A stretch of 63,951 nt of DNA, the filler included. It is 7 parts of 7 records of this genome, joined end to end, with 100 filler letters (N's around TTAATTAATTAA, not from the genome) between each part and the next. Parts side by side here need not be neighbours in the genome. Positions count along the whole stretch, not along the records: positions 10,044 to 19,104 come from SRR20825006_2298; 6 more parts are not named here. One strand, 5' to 3'. The notes under the pieces are model-generated. The model saw nothing but the letters and a program-made list of their open reading frames with translations. It was not told where the DNA came from and ran no database searches. The position numbers and the translations under genes were made by a program. Shown in pieces: positions 10,914-19,104 of the stretch (the first letter of the stretch is position 1; every line of letters starts with the position of its first letter).

Positions 10914-11813
10914 ATGGATGAGTCAATGAAACTGATCAAGGATCTTGCCAATGACGGCGATGATTTCGTTGTCAGTCAGTCCATGATGGACCGCACAAAG
11001 CTCCGTCGGTTATTGCTCAGCTTTGAAGCGATAAAATCAAACATTCCATGGAAAGACATGGAGGCAATGGGCTGGATTGAACATGGGGTAAGATCCTTCT
11101 CCCAAGTACTACCATATCTACTGAGCAATAGCACAAGCGATGGTGCACTTTATCGCAAATCCATCGACGATGAGACTCTTCAAATCAGTTTATGGAAGTC
11201 CAAAGTCCACATGACTTCAACTGCCTTATTGGCAGAGAATCCGAAATTGAGCTTTGAATTAGGTTCTCTCGACACTGAATTCATGTCAAATTTTGTAAAA
11301 ATAAGTCAGAATCCAGCTGCTATTTCAGATTTACCTGATCTACTCTTAGAAAAGGGCATTCTTCTTGTATTTGAAAGAGGGCTTCCGGGAATAAAAACAG
11401 ATGGAATGGTTTTCAAAACGAGTAATGGAATTCCTGTCATTGCGATGACCCTTAGGTATGCTAGATTGGACAATTTCTGGTTCACTTTGTTGCATGAACT
11501 TTCGCATGTCATCAAGCACTATGACTTATTAGATGAAGCGATTGTTGAAGACTTAGATATAGTGTCGACTACTAAAATTGAGAAACAGGCGGACCGCCTT
11601 GCTCAAAATACAATTGTGCCTCGCTATATTTGGGAACGTTGTGAGGCAAAATATACTCACAGTGAAGCTTCAGTTTACAAATTGGCGGAACAAGTTGAAG
11701 TGCATCCGGCCCTAATAGCGGGAATGTTGCGTCGTGAATTGCGGAATTATACGTTGTTTACCAGTTTGGTTAACGCAACAAACACCCGAGAGTTGATCTT
11801 CGGAGAAAACTAA
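10914..11813 (+). CDS. ImmA/IrrE (peptidase M78) Zn-metallopeptidase without N-terminal HTH
   Basis: DNFWFTLLHELSH (HExxH) and downstream EKQAD; IPWKDMEAMGWI. ATG 10914 is 1 nt after the GNAT stop. Confidence 0.85.
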   Translation: MDESMKLIKDLANDGDDFVVSQSMMDRTKLRRLLLSFEAIKSNIPWKDMEAMGWIEHGVRSFSQVLPYLLSNSTSDGALYRKSIDDETLQISLWKSKVHMTSTALLAENPKLSFELGSLDTEFMSNFVKISQNPAAISDLPDLLLEKGILLVFERGLPGIKTDGMVFKTSNGIPVIAMTLRYARLDNFWFTLLHELSHVIKHYDLLDEAIVEDLDIVSTTKIEKQADRLAQNTIVPRYIWERCEAKYTHSEASVYKLAEQVEVHPALIAGMLRRELRNYTLFTSLVNATNTRELIFGEN

Positions 11814-12892
11814 TGGAATATTTTCCTTTCTTGAAAGCGAAGATGAACGAGGTTTCAGGTGTCGCTGAACTTTCCTCGGAAGCGCTACAATCAATCACCC
11901 CCTTCTTCGACATACCTAAGCCAAAAGATGACACTGAGGAAGCAACAGCAAAGGCTATTCAGGTCTCTAAGAAACATCTGACGAAATATTTCCCTGATGA
12001 TAAAGATTATTACCTTGACATATTCGATCTGAACCCACTACTTCGAATTTCAGGTTATCACGTCTATGATTGGACTCTTGGTGAGTTAACCGGTCCAAAC
12101 CTTATACCTGTAGTGGGGCTAGACCGAGACCCAGATCATTTAAAGTCCGTCATCAATTACCTAAAAAATGGAAAAGAAACCAGCAGGAAAGTATGCATAA
12201 GGCTTTTGAGAGCCGATTTCGAAGATTATGAATTGGTTGAGGACGATCTGAAAGATCTCATTTCTCAAATCGAAAAATACGTGGATGACTACGACATTGC
12301 TCTCGATAGCAGGATTGTGTCGAGCGCAGAAGTGAACGTAATATCAAAAGAAATGAAGAGTTTTTTGGACGAAATCTACGCGAAACTTAATCCGCGTCGT
12401 TGCTTCATTGCATCGAGTTCAATCTCGCCGATAACGTCTGAATATGTTCGACCATCCTCAGAAGCGCACCTAAGGAGGTCCGAGAAAGAAATTTGGTCAG
12501 ACCTCTCCAGCATGCTCTCAGGCGCGCAAAGCCGGAAAGTTTTTTATGGAGATTACGGCGTAGTTAGTCCTAATTATTCGGATCCGAATATCTCTCCGGG
12601 ACTATTTAATACCGTGTCCACACCAAAAGCGTTGTACACTTACGATCACGGGTATTTCGCCGTACGCGGAGGTTCGTTTAAAACTCATGGTCGCGAGCAG
12701 TATTATGACTTGGCAGATATTATTGTGTCCAAAAATTTCTTCAGAGGAGCTGCTGCCTCAGCAGGAGATAGCTATATTTCAGAAAGTGCGAAAAGATTAA
12801 CGAAAAAGGGAAGTGCTGGCTCTTGGATTAAAAACACCTTAATCTCTCATATTGAATTCGTACATTATGAAATTCGTTCAGGAGCAATCTGA
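11813..12892 (+). CDS. Beta-family protein (P4 beta / sce7725-like)
   Basis: N-terminal YFPFLKAKMNE..A..ELS....ITPFFDI, C-terminal FYGDYGVVSPNY, SAGDSYI, GSAGSWIK...HI; TAATG-coupled to the peptidase. Confidence 0.8.
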   Translation: MEYFPFLKAKMNEVSGVAELSSEALQSITPFFDIPKPKDDTEEATAKAIQVSKKHLTKYFPDDKDYYLDIFDLNPLLRISGYHVYDWTLGELTGPNLIPVVGLDRDPDHLKSVINYLKNGKETSRKVCIRLLRADFEDYELVEDDLKDLISQIEKYVDDYDIALDSRIVSSAEVNVISKEMKSFLDEIYAKLNPRRCFIASSSISPITSEYVRPSSEAHLRRSEKEIWSDLSSMLSGAQSRKVFYGDYGVVSPNYSDPNISPGLFNTVSTPKALYTYDHGYFAVRGGSFKTHGREQYYDLADIIVSKNFFRGAAASAGDSYISESAKRLTKKGSAGSWIKNTLISHIEFVHYEIRSGAI

Positions 12893-13446
12893 TTATAACG
12901 ATTTGCAAGTGTTCTGCTAATTTCTTTGATTATGAAATCTTTATTATTGGTACTCGCTATTAATTTTGCTAAGTCTTCACGAGTAGCATTTTTTTTAAAT
13001 TTCTTTTCGGTGATTCTTGAGGCAATTTCCTGAAGCTCGGCCTTCCACAGGGCCAAGAGCGCATGATATTTGGAGAAATCTATATTATTAGATGCAGCTC
13101 TTACATAAGCGAATGAAACCTGATCTTCTCGCTTTTTTGCGAGTAATATTCCCCAGTATCTGGGCAATGAAATCAACGCCTTCTCGATGTTTCTTTCTGT
13201 TGTTACAAGGGTAATCTTTGGCGCGACTCTATTGTAATAGACCGCTTGTACTTCCAGCCTGGAAATCTTGTCCAGATCGCCTTTAATTTCATAAAGATGG
13301 AGGGATTTTGAGATCGCGGTTAGATCGGCGATTACATTCCCATTGTGAAACACCTGCTCATGCTTCAAGAGCCCAGTCTTCGGTAGGCGGTTTTTGATGT
13401 GTCGCTCTAAATGACTCCGAATTTGGCGGTCGGATAGCATTTTCAA
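12865..13446 (-). CDS. sce7726 family / P4 cII-like PD-(D/E)XK-fold protein
   Basis: E...NGNVIADL, HLYEIKGDLDKISRLEVQAVYYNRV, PRYWGI, LLALWKAEL; convergent with beta, 28-nt overlap. Confidence 0.8.
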   Translation of the reverse strand: MKMLSDRQIRSHLERHIKNRLPKTGLLKHEQVFHNGNVIADLTAISKSLHLYEIKGDLDKISRLEVQAVYYNRVAPKITLVTTERNIEKALISLPRYWGILLAKKREDQVSFAYVRAASNNIDFSKYHALLALWKAELQEIASRITEKKFKKNATREDLAKLIASTNNKDFIIKEISRTLANRYNQIAPERIS

Positions 13447-13463
13447 TTCCTCGGAAATACGAA

Positions 13464-15140
13464 CTAGTGTACCTCAGTACAGTTATTGACAGAACTCCAA
13501 GGAGGCGCGTTCGCGCCTCTTACTAAAACCTTACACGAGCCGCTGAATTGAAGATCATCTTCAGATGGCTTGGTACGACCGATCGTCCACTCGTAAATCC
13601 TGGTCACCACCCGACCGGCAGAGCCAACTAAGCCTTTCAACTGGTCTGCTAGTTCGTGGTATTTGGTCTCTGTGGTTTTCGGGACCATGAGGGCGCGTAA
13701 CGGTTGGTCCTTTAGCTGGAGGCAAACGCCGCCCATCAGTTCCACGTATCGCTTCCAGTCGCCGTTATCGGCGGCCTGTTCAAGTTGAAGGACGAGTCCT
13801 TTCCGTTCTCCTTCGATATTTCGGAGCCGCCTGAGCTCTCGGTAAACGGTTACACTGGGCGCTCCCATAAACTGAAACTGACGGATGCCCCAGATACTTG
13901 CCCAGGCTCTGATTCGAGCCGCTGACTCGACCGCATCATTCCCGTAGGAGTCCTCGCCAACTTCGAAACCGTCGATGGATTTGGATATGTATTTCGCAAC
14001 ATATCCGGTTGCTCTCCCTTTTTCTGGATCGATTTCCTCAACCACGAAACGATTTTCGAAGGCGCCGCTTTCGTCGCGGTCTTCCTCAAGGGCGTATTTC
14101 CGAAATAGCCGGTTGGCTTCGGGAAGATCCCGCTTTTCAAGGAAGAGCAGCAGATGCCAGTGGGGTGTGCCGTCATGGTGTGGCTCAACAGTGCGGATGC
14201 CGTACCACTTGATGCCTTTGCGTTGAAGGGAGGAGCGGACGCGGGCCCAGACCTGGTTCAGGTAATTCTGCGAATCGAGCGGCGAGGCTCCCTGAAACTT
14301 TCCATTGGCGTGGCCGTTCTGATGGGTCGCGTGGTACTTGGAAGGGCAGGTGATGGTGTAAAAAACGCCAACGTGACCGTGTTCGTTCGCATAGTCCTCG
14401 AGGCCACCGATTCGCATCATGGTCTCATTTCGTCTGTTTCTGGGGTTGCTGACAGACTTCTCTTTCAGGCTGGCGAGGGTTGCGGAATAACCAAACTGAT
14501 TCTCGGCGGTGAGCAGTTCCAATAACTCCTCGTTGCTCGCCTGGGCCGCAAGGTAACGCCTGAAGTTGTATTCGCTGATATAGAGATTCGTGGCTTTGGA
14601 GACCAGTCCCAGCTCGCGGTAAACGCTCTCCGAATTCAGATATGCCTTTCGTCTGAGCTGTCTTCGCCACCAGGCGGGATCGAAAACTCGGGCCAGTCCC
14701 GGAATGACTTTTTCTTTGTCAGAAAGGTCGCCTAAAGAAACAGGAAACTCCATTCCGGTCTTCTCGGTCTCGCGGATCAGAAGGTTAAGGGCTTCTTTCC
14801 CGTTAACAGCAACAGCATGGCCGGTGAACTCGCGCTCAAGCCGCAGGGAGATTTTCTCGGAAAACGACCGGAAAAGATCAAAAGGAGAATCGGCTTTGAG
14901 TCCGCCCAAGTCATCATGCAGGTGCAATCGGTCCAGCAATTCCTCAAGCCACATGTCTGCTTGGTGGTAGGTGGCGCTATCGGCAATGCGGAGGTATCGG
15001 TTGAAGACTCTTTGCTTGAGGTGAGGATGCTTGTTCTCGACGATCCGCAACATCTTTCGGGACCGAATGTCGCCCAGGGTGAAAGGGCGGCCCTCGTTTT
15101 TTAACCAATTAAACGGTCCGACCGGAAGCGTTGCAGTCAT
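13464..15140 (-). CDS. Replication endonuclease, P2 gpA-like HUH rolling-circle initiator
   Basis: FYTITCPSKYH (motif 1), EPHHDGTPHWHLLLF (HUH), GYVAKYISKSIDG (two catalytic Tyr), WGIRQFQF, PWSSVNNCT. Confidence 0.92.
   Translation of the reverse strand: MTATLPVGPFNWLKNEGRPFTLGDIRSRKMLRIVENKHPHLKQRVFNRYLRIADSATYHQADMWLEELLDRLHLHDDLGGLKADSPFDLFRSFSEKISLRLEREFTGHAVAVNGKEALNLLIRETEKTGMEFPVSLGDLSDKEKVIPGLARVFDPAWWRRQLRRKAYLNSESVYRELGLVSKATNLYISEYNFRRYLAAQASNEELLELLTAENQFGYSATLASLKEKSVSNPRNRRNETMMRIGGLEDYANEHGHVGVFYTITCPSKYHATHQNGHANGKFQGASPLDSQNYLNQVWARVRSSLQRKGIKWYGIRTVEPHHDGTPHWHLLLFLEKRDLPEANRLFRKYALEEDRDESGAFENRFVVEEIDPEKGRATGYVAKYISKSIDGFEVGEDSYGNDAVESAARIRAWASIWGIRQFQFMGAPSVTVYRELRRLRNIEGERKGLVLQLEQAADNGDWKRYVELMGGVCLQLKDQPLRALMVPKTTETKYHELADQLKGLVGSAGRVVTRIYEWTIGRTKPSEDDLQFSGSCKVLVRGANAPPWSSVNNCTEVH
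13477..13520 (-). other. Putative double-strand origin (nick site), P2 ori-like
   Basis: Minus strand CCTTGGAGTTCTGTCAATAACTGTAC, preceded by a GAGGCGC/GCGCCTC hairpin; resembles the P2 ori as recalled (GCGCCTCG^GAGTCCTGTCAA), which lies inside the A gene. Confidence 0.7.
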
Positions 15141-15463
15141 GAGTGCTTCCCGGTGACTGTCTGCAGTCGGTCGATTCTATTGGTTAAATGGCAGGGAGAA
15201 TAGGCGGGGCCCTCGTACCTGTACCTTATAGGTTCGTACCCCTTATTTAGCAGGGGGTGCGGCAGGTACGGTGAACCTAATAGGGTGTCCGGGACTCGGG
15301 TTGTACCTGTTAACGAAACGAACCTGAACCTATAAGGTCGAGGCGTATCCGTTAACGGACACAGGGACGGTTCAAAGCCGTTAACGGGAACTGGGTTGGC
15401 GGGTCTGCCAAGTAGTTCGTTAACGGATACCCTGACCGTTAAGGTAACGGTCCGCGTAACCAT
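15137..15463 (-). CDS. Possible translationally coupled ORF over a highly structured palindromic region
   Basis: Start overlaps the alpA stop (TGATG) and its stop overlaps the rep ATG (ATGA); protein unrecognised; region rich in inverted repeats. Confidence 0.35.
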   Translation of the reverse strand: MVTRTVTLTVRVSVNELLGRPANPVPVNGFEPSLCPLTDTPRPYRFRFVSLTGTTRVPDTLLGSPYLPHPLLNKGYEPIRYRYEGPAYSPCHLTNRIDRLQTVTGKHS

Positions 15464-15660
15464 CAGGCGACCTCCGAAGTGGAGTGTCGTATTTGCTGCT
15501 CAATGTATTCCTCAAGGTCGGACAGTCGATAACGAACGGCCCGACTTCCAATCTTGATGAACTGAACGCGTGCTCCGGCCCAGCGGTCGCGTTCAAGGAA
15601 TGCCTTGCTGACGCCGAGAAATTCGGCGGCCTCTGTGGTGGTAAGAAGTGCTTTGGACAT
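15463..15660 (-). CDS. AlpA/excisionase-like HTH DNA-binding protein
   Basis: LLTTTEAAEFLGVSKAFLERDRW...FIKIGSRAVRYRLSDLEEYI; 65 aa; GGAG RBS. Confidence 0.88.
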   Translation of the reverse strand: MSKALLTTTEAAEFLGVSKAFLERDRWAGARVQFIKIGSRAVRYRLSDLEEYIEQQIRHSTSEVA

Positions 15661-15772
15661 TGCGTGTCTCCAACAGAACTGGTTGCTGTGGGAGACACTT
15701 TGACGCTAACCGGGGAGGGTAAATATTCCCGCCTGGCTCAGACGGGGAGTTTCTGGCTCTAGGCGGGTAGTT

Positions 15773-16651
15773 TTAGGTTGATCGGGGCCGGCCACCTTTC
15801 TTGCTCGCCTCTGGCCTGGGGTCTAGATCCTTAACCCAATCGCGCAAGGTGTCTGGTTTCGTGTAATAACGCCCACCGCCGAAACGTCGGATTGCGTCGT
15901 GCTTGCATATTTCGGCAATACTGAGATCCGGAGACTCTTTCCAAAGTTCTTGGGCGATTTCCCGGCATAAAACCCGATGCTTTTGCTTGTCGGCGAGCTT
16001 GGACCAAAATTTGTCGATCTGGTCTTGTTTGACCCGCCCCGGCAACCCATCCTTTTCATCGTTACTGATTTCGTTCGTCAGTTTGTCCTGATGCTCCTGA
16101 CGCTCTACCTGGGTAAACCAGAAAGAGGGAAGTGGTATCTTGAGAATTTCGCACAGCTCGCAAACACTGTTCTTGTTGATATGTACCCGCTCGAGTGTTT
16201 GTCGCTCAAAAATGCGGTTCTTAAAGCATTGCGGGAAATCTTTCGTTGCGGCCGCATGTCGCCTTAACCATCTCTCCGAGAATTCCTGATACCGTTCCCA
16301 GCGCTCATCGTCGGTCAACGGGTTTTCTGGATCCTCATAAGTCGTCGATACATTGACGGTCATGGGTTCTCCAGTTTTCTCATTGATCTCTTCGTGCGTC
16401 GTTTCTTCAGTTATGGCCGATCCGAAATCGACGTAGTGCTCGAAATCGACGAGAGTTCTCTCGTCTTTCAAGACGATTCCATTCTCATTACATACCTGAA
16501 TCTCGTGCCGGTACTGCATTCGTGTAATGGTCCGGAGCATGTCCTGAACAGGCAGGGGTAGAGCGCTCGGATCTGAATTATTCGGGTCCTGATCGTGCCA
16601 CCGATGGGCGACTTCCCAAATGCTCAGGTGGTCAATGTCGGGATGCAGCAT
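15773..16651 (-). CDS. Hypothetical protein with C-terminal HTH-like region (probable regulator)
   Basis: Ends LSIAEICKH...PDTLRDWVKDLDPRPEASKKGGRPR; sits between int and alpA; start taken at MLHPD after AAGGAC. Confidence 0.6.
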   Translation of the reverse strand: MLHPDIDHLSIWEVAHRWHDQDPNNSDPSALPLPVQDMLRTITRMQYRHEIQVCNENGIVLKDERTLVDFEHYVDFGSAITEETTHEEINEKTGEPMTVNVSTTYEDPENPLTDDERWERYQEFSERWLRRHAAATKDFPQCFKNRIFERQTLERVHINKNSVCELCEILKIPLPSFWFTQVERQEHQDKLTNEISNDEKDGLPGRVKQDQIDKFWSKLADKQKHRVLCREIAQELWKESPDLSIAEICKHDAIRRFGGGRYYTKPDTLRDWVKDLDPRPEASKKGGRPRST

Positions 16652-16719
16652 CGAATTGTCCTTAGAGTTCGAAGATGTGAGCAACTTGGCTAGGACCAAA
16701 CTGCAGTTGAAGGATGCGG

Positions 16720-17577
16720 TTACCGGCTTCTGAAATACGTAATGGATGTCGCTCCTTGACCCCGCTCCCGGCGAATATCAAAGAGCCTCGAGGTATGGAG
16801 CAGGTTTGGCCAACTGACGCACCCGTGCGCTTCGGGAGTAAGGTCGGGGTTCTGATTTTTAATAACTTCAACGGCGAGCGATAGGTCAGTCCATCCGTCT
16901 TTGCTAAGCAGGGACTCCGCGCGCTTCAATTCCTCGACGACACTGGCGCTGGGCCAGTCAATATCTTCTCCGGGGATAAAGCCAAACTTGATCCATGCGG
17001 TGAACTGCGGCGAGTGGAGGAAATCCTTCAGTGCGGACATACCTCCTAGCCTTGCTTGGTCCCAACTTTGGAGCCGTTCCATATGGGACTTGAGCATTTT
17101 TCGTACGGTTTCAAGGTGGTCGATAGCCTGCAGACAGGAATCTTGATCGTCCAAAGGAAAGCGCTGAAGGAAATGATGCACAAGCTCATTTCTCGTTTCG
17201 ACCAGGTAGGTCAAATCATCTAGTAATGTCTGATAGTCGTCTCCGCCTGCGACAATGCTAAATTTTGTCTTAAAATGAACTGCATCCGTCGGAAGTAGCG
17301 AATCGTCTATTTCCGATTCCGACTCATTGCCACTCTCGGACGATATATGACTACCGGTAAAGTCACCTATCAACTGACCAAGGGTCTTACTGCTGTAATG
17401 GGATTGTCGCTTATGGAGATTTGTTTGCCAGGTCTCAGGGGCACCTTCCATCTCCAATACTGAAAGAAAACCTTTCATTCCAAGTTCGTATTTTTGAAGG
17501 TTCAGCACACACCGGCCTAAAAGCTCGAAGACTTGCGTTCTGAGCTCTTCAGTTGTTTTGTCGCACTCATCAGACAT
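16720..17577 (-). CDS. OST-HTH/LOTUS domain-containing protein
   Basis: C-terminal DGWTDLSLAVEVIKNQNPDLTPEAHGCVSWPNLLHTSRLFDI (LOTUS-like). N-terminal helical domain with KTLGQL and RNELVH (Rx4H, HEPN-like). Confidence 0.7.
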   Translation of the reverse strand: MSDECDKTTEELRTQVFELLGRCVLNLQKYELGMKGFLSVLEMEGAPETWQTNLHKRQSHYSSKTLGQLIGDFTGSHISSESGNESESEIDDSLLPTDAVHFKTKFSIVAGGDDYQTLLDDLTYLVETRNELVHHFLQRFPLDDQDSCLQAIDHLETVRKMLKSHMERLQSWDQARLGGMSALKDFLHSPQFTAWIKFGFIPGEDIDWPSASVVEELKRAESLLSKDGWTDLSLAVEVIKNQNPDLTPEAHGCVSWPNLLHTSRLFDIRRERGQGATSITYFRSR

Positions 17578-17608
17578 GATGTTTTCTCGCCTTCCGTTGG
17601 TTGTATCT

Positions 17609-18880
17609 CTATCCGTTTGGTCTGAGTTCATCAGGGAGCTGCGACAACGAATGTTGGGCTTGAGCATGATCGTCCAATTTGAACTGAGCTTCAAAAAAGT
17701 CCGTGATTTTTTGCATAGGCAAGCGTAAACGTTCTACATCAAAGATGATGTAACCGTCTGTCACGTCGTTCGGGTCTTTGTGGTTCATCAGGCGCTTGAG
17801 CGCATAGGCCGGAATGTCGAGACGTTCTGCGGCCGTAATGAAGGTGCGTCTCAGATCGTGCAGGGTGAAGGTCACACCGGACAAGGCGCACACCCGCTTG
17901 ATCGCCGTACGCGGCTCGGACAGGTGGCCACGTTCGGCGTCGCTTGGGAACACATAGGGGCTTTCCTGAGCTTTATGACGGCGATCCAACAGAGCTTCGA
18001 TGGCATCACTGAAGGGCAGGCGATGAACCCGCCCGTTCTTGGTGTCCGGGATGGTTAACGTCTTGTCTTTGAAGTCCACCTGATCCCAGGTGAGGGCGGC
18101 GGCCTCCGTGCGTCGAAGGCCGGTCAGCAAAACGAGGTGCAAGTAATCCCGCGTGGTTTGCCTGTTCAGTTGCATGGTCGCATCGTACCAGGCCTTGAGC
18201 TGGTGATCTTTGATGAGGCTTTGCCGGCGCTCGACCTTGTACCAGGCGCGCTGGTGACTCAGGACATTTACAGGATTCGCCACCAGAAAGGGCTTTCCGG
18301 AGGCGTCCTGGTACCGTTGCAGGGCGTGGTTGAACACCGCCCTCAGAATCCGCATCCCGTTATCGGCCCGAGCGGGACTGCGTTGACCGTATTCCGCATG
18401 GCGACTGAGCACCATATCCCGGCTGATGTCCTTGAGGGCTCTGCTCTGCCAGTCCTTGAACATCTCACGCATGGAGCGCTGGTAGTCGTTCAGGGTGTTC
18501 GGTTTGAGGCTTTTTCGGGTGGTCAGGTAGTCGTCAAAGGCGTCTTTGAGGGTAATGCGTTGGGCCCGTTTCTCGCTGACTTCCCGGATCGGATCACCGC
18601 CGCTGGCGACCTTGCCCAGAAACTTCATCGCTTCCTTGCGCGCCTGTTCGACGGTCAGGTTACCATAACGGCCGAGGGTCTTCCGTTTGACACGGCCATC
18701 AATCCGTTTTTCAACAATGAAGGATTTGGCCCCGGCACTCGTCACCCGTAGACCAAACCCCGCGATGGCGGAGTCCCGATAAAAGGCCTGGGTGCCTTTG
18801 CCATCCTTGCCAACGTCGGGCAGGGGAACCTTATCCACGAAACCTTTGGTGATCCTCACTGATGCGCCTCCGCTAGCCAT
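17609..18880 (-). CDS. int: Tyrosine integrase (P4-like, N-terminal arm-binding domain)
   Basis: GFGLRVTSAGAKSF arm domain, LLTGLRRTE, TKNG, HDLRRTF, LMNH, DGY. Confidence 0.93.
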   Translation of the reverse strand: MASGGASVRITKGFVDKVPLPDVGKDGKGTQAFYRDSAIAGFGLRVTSAGAKSFIVEKRIDGRVKRKTLGRYGNLTVEQARKEAMKFLGKVASGGDPIREVSEKRAQRITLKDAFDDYLTTRKSLKPNTLNDYQRSMREMFKDWQSRALKDISRDMVLSRHAEYGQRSPARADNGMRILRAVFNHALQRYQDASGKPFLVANPVNVLSHQRAWYKVERRQSLIKDHQLKAWYDATMQLNRQTTRDYLHLVLLTGLRRTEAAALTWDQVDFKDKTLTIPDTKNGRVHRLPFSDAIEALLDRRHKAQESPYVFPSDAERGHLSEPRTAIKRVCALSGVTFTLHDLRRTFITAAERLDIPAYALKRLMNHKDPNDVTDGYIIFDVERLRLPMQKITDFFEAQFKLDDHAQAQHSLSQLPDELRPNG

Positions 18881-18903
18881 CGTCGACAGTCTCTTGTGTC
18901 CTC

Positions 18904-18922
18904 ATGTAGACACTATGTAGAC
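18904..18922 (+). promoter_or_regulatory. Putative integrase arm-type binding sites (right)
   Basis: ATGTAGAC-act-ATGTAGAC. Confidence 0.7.
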
Positions 18923-19052
18923 AAAATCGGTCAAATTCTAGCGGATTTCTTCAAACAACCGCAAACACTGTTTTCTAGAAAAGCCCTTTAAAGCACTGTT
19001 TTATAGTGCCTATTAAATCGTCTTCCAATTTCTTAAAAGAAGGACGCAAATA

Positions 19053-19104
19053 ACTTAAAATCTCTCGACCTCACGGTCGTGCCGGTTCGATTCCGGCTCC
19101 GGGC
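19053..19104 (+). repeat. Duplicated 3' half of tRNA-Leu(TAA); right att site
   Basis: ACTTAAAATCTCTCGACCTCACGGTCGTGCCGGTTCGATTCCGGCTCCGGGC: anticodon loop TAA, long variable arm, T-arm; upstream sequence is not tRNA-like. Confidence 0.85.

Larger units (their letters stand above)
10044..19104. mobile_element. Integrative rolling-circle (P2 gpA-type) satellite-like element at tRNA-Leu(TAA)
   Basis: Direct repeats of the tRNA 3' end at both ends, paired ATGTAGAC arm-like sites at both ends, tyrosine integrase, AlpA, HUH Rep with P2-like origin; no capsid, tail, terminase or conjugation genes. Confidence 0.88.

Noticed and set aside
13464-18880. Complete P2-like prophage or inovirus
   Set aside because: No capsid, terminase, tail, lysis, zot/pI or small coat genes between the att repeats.
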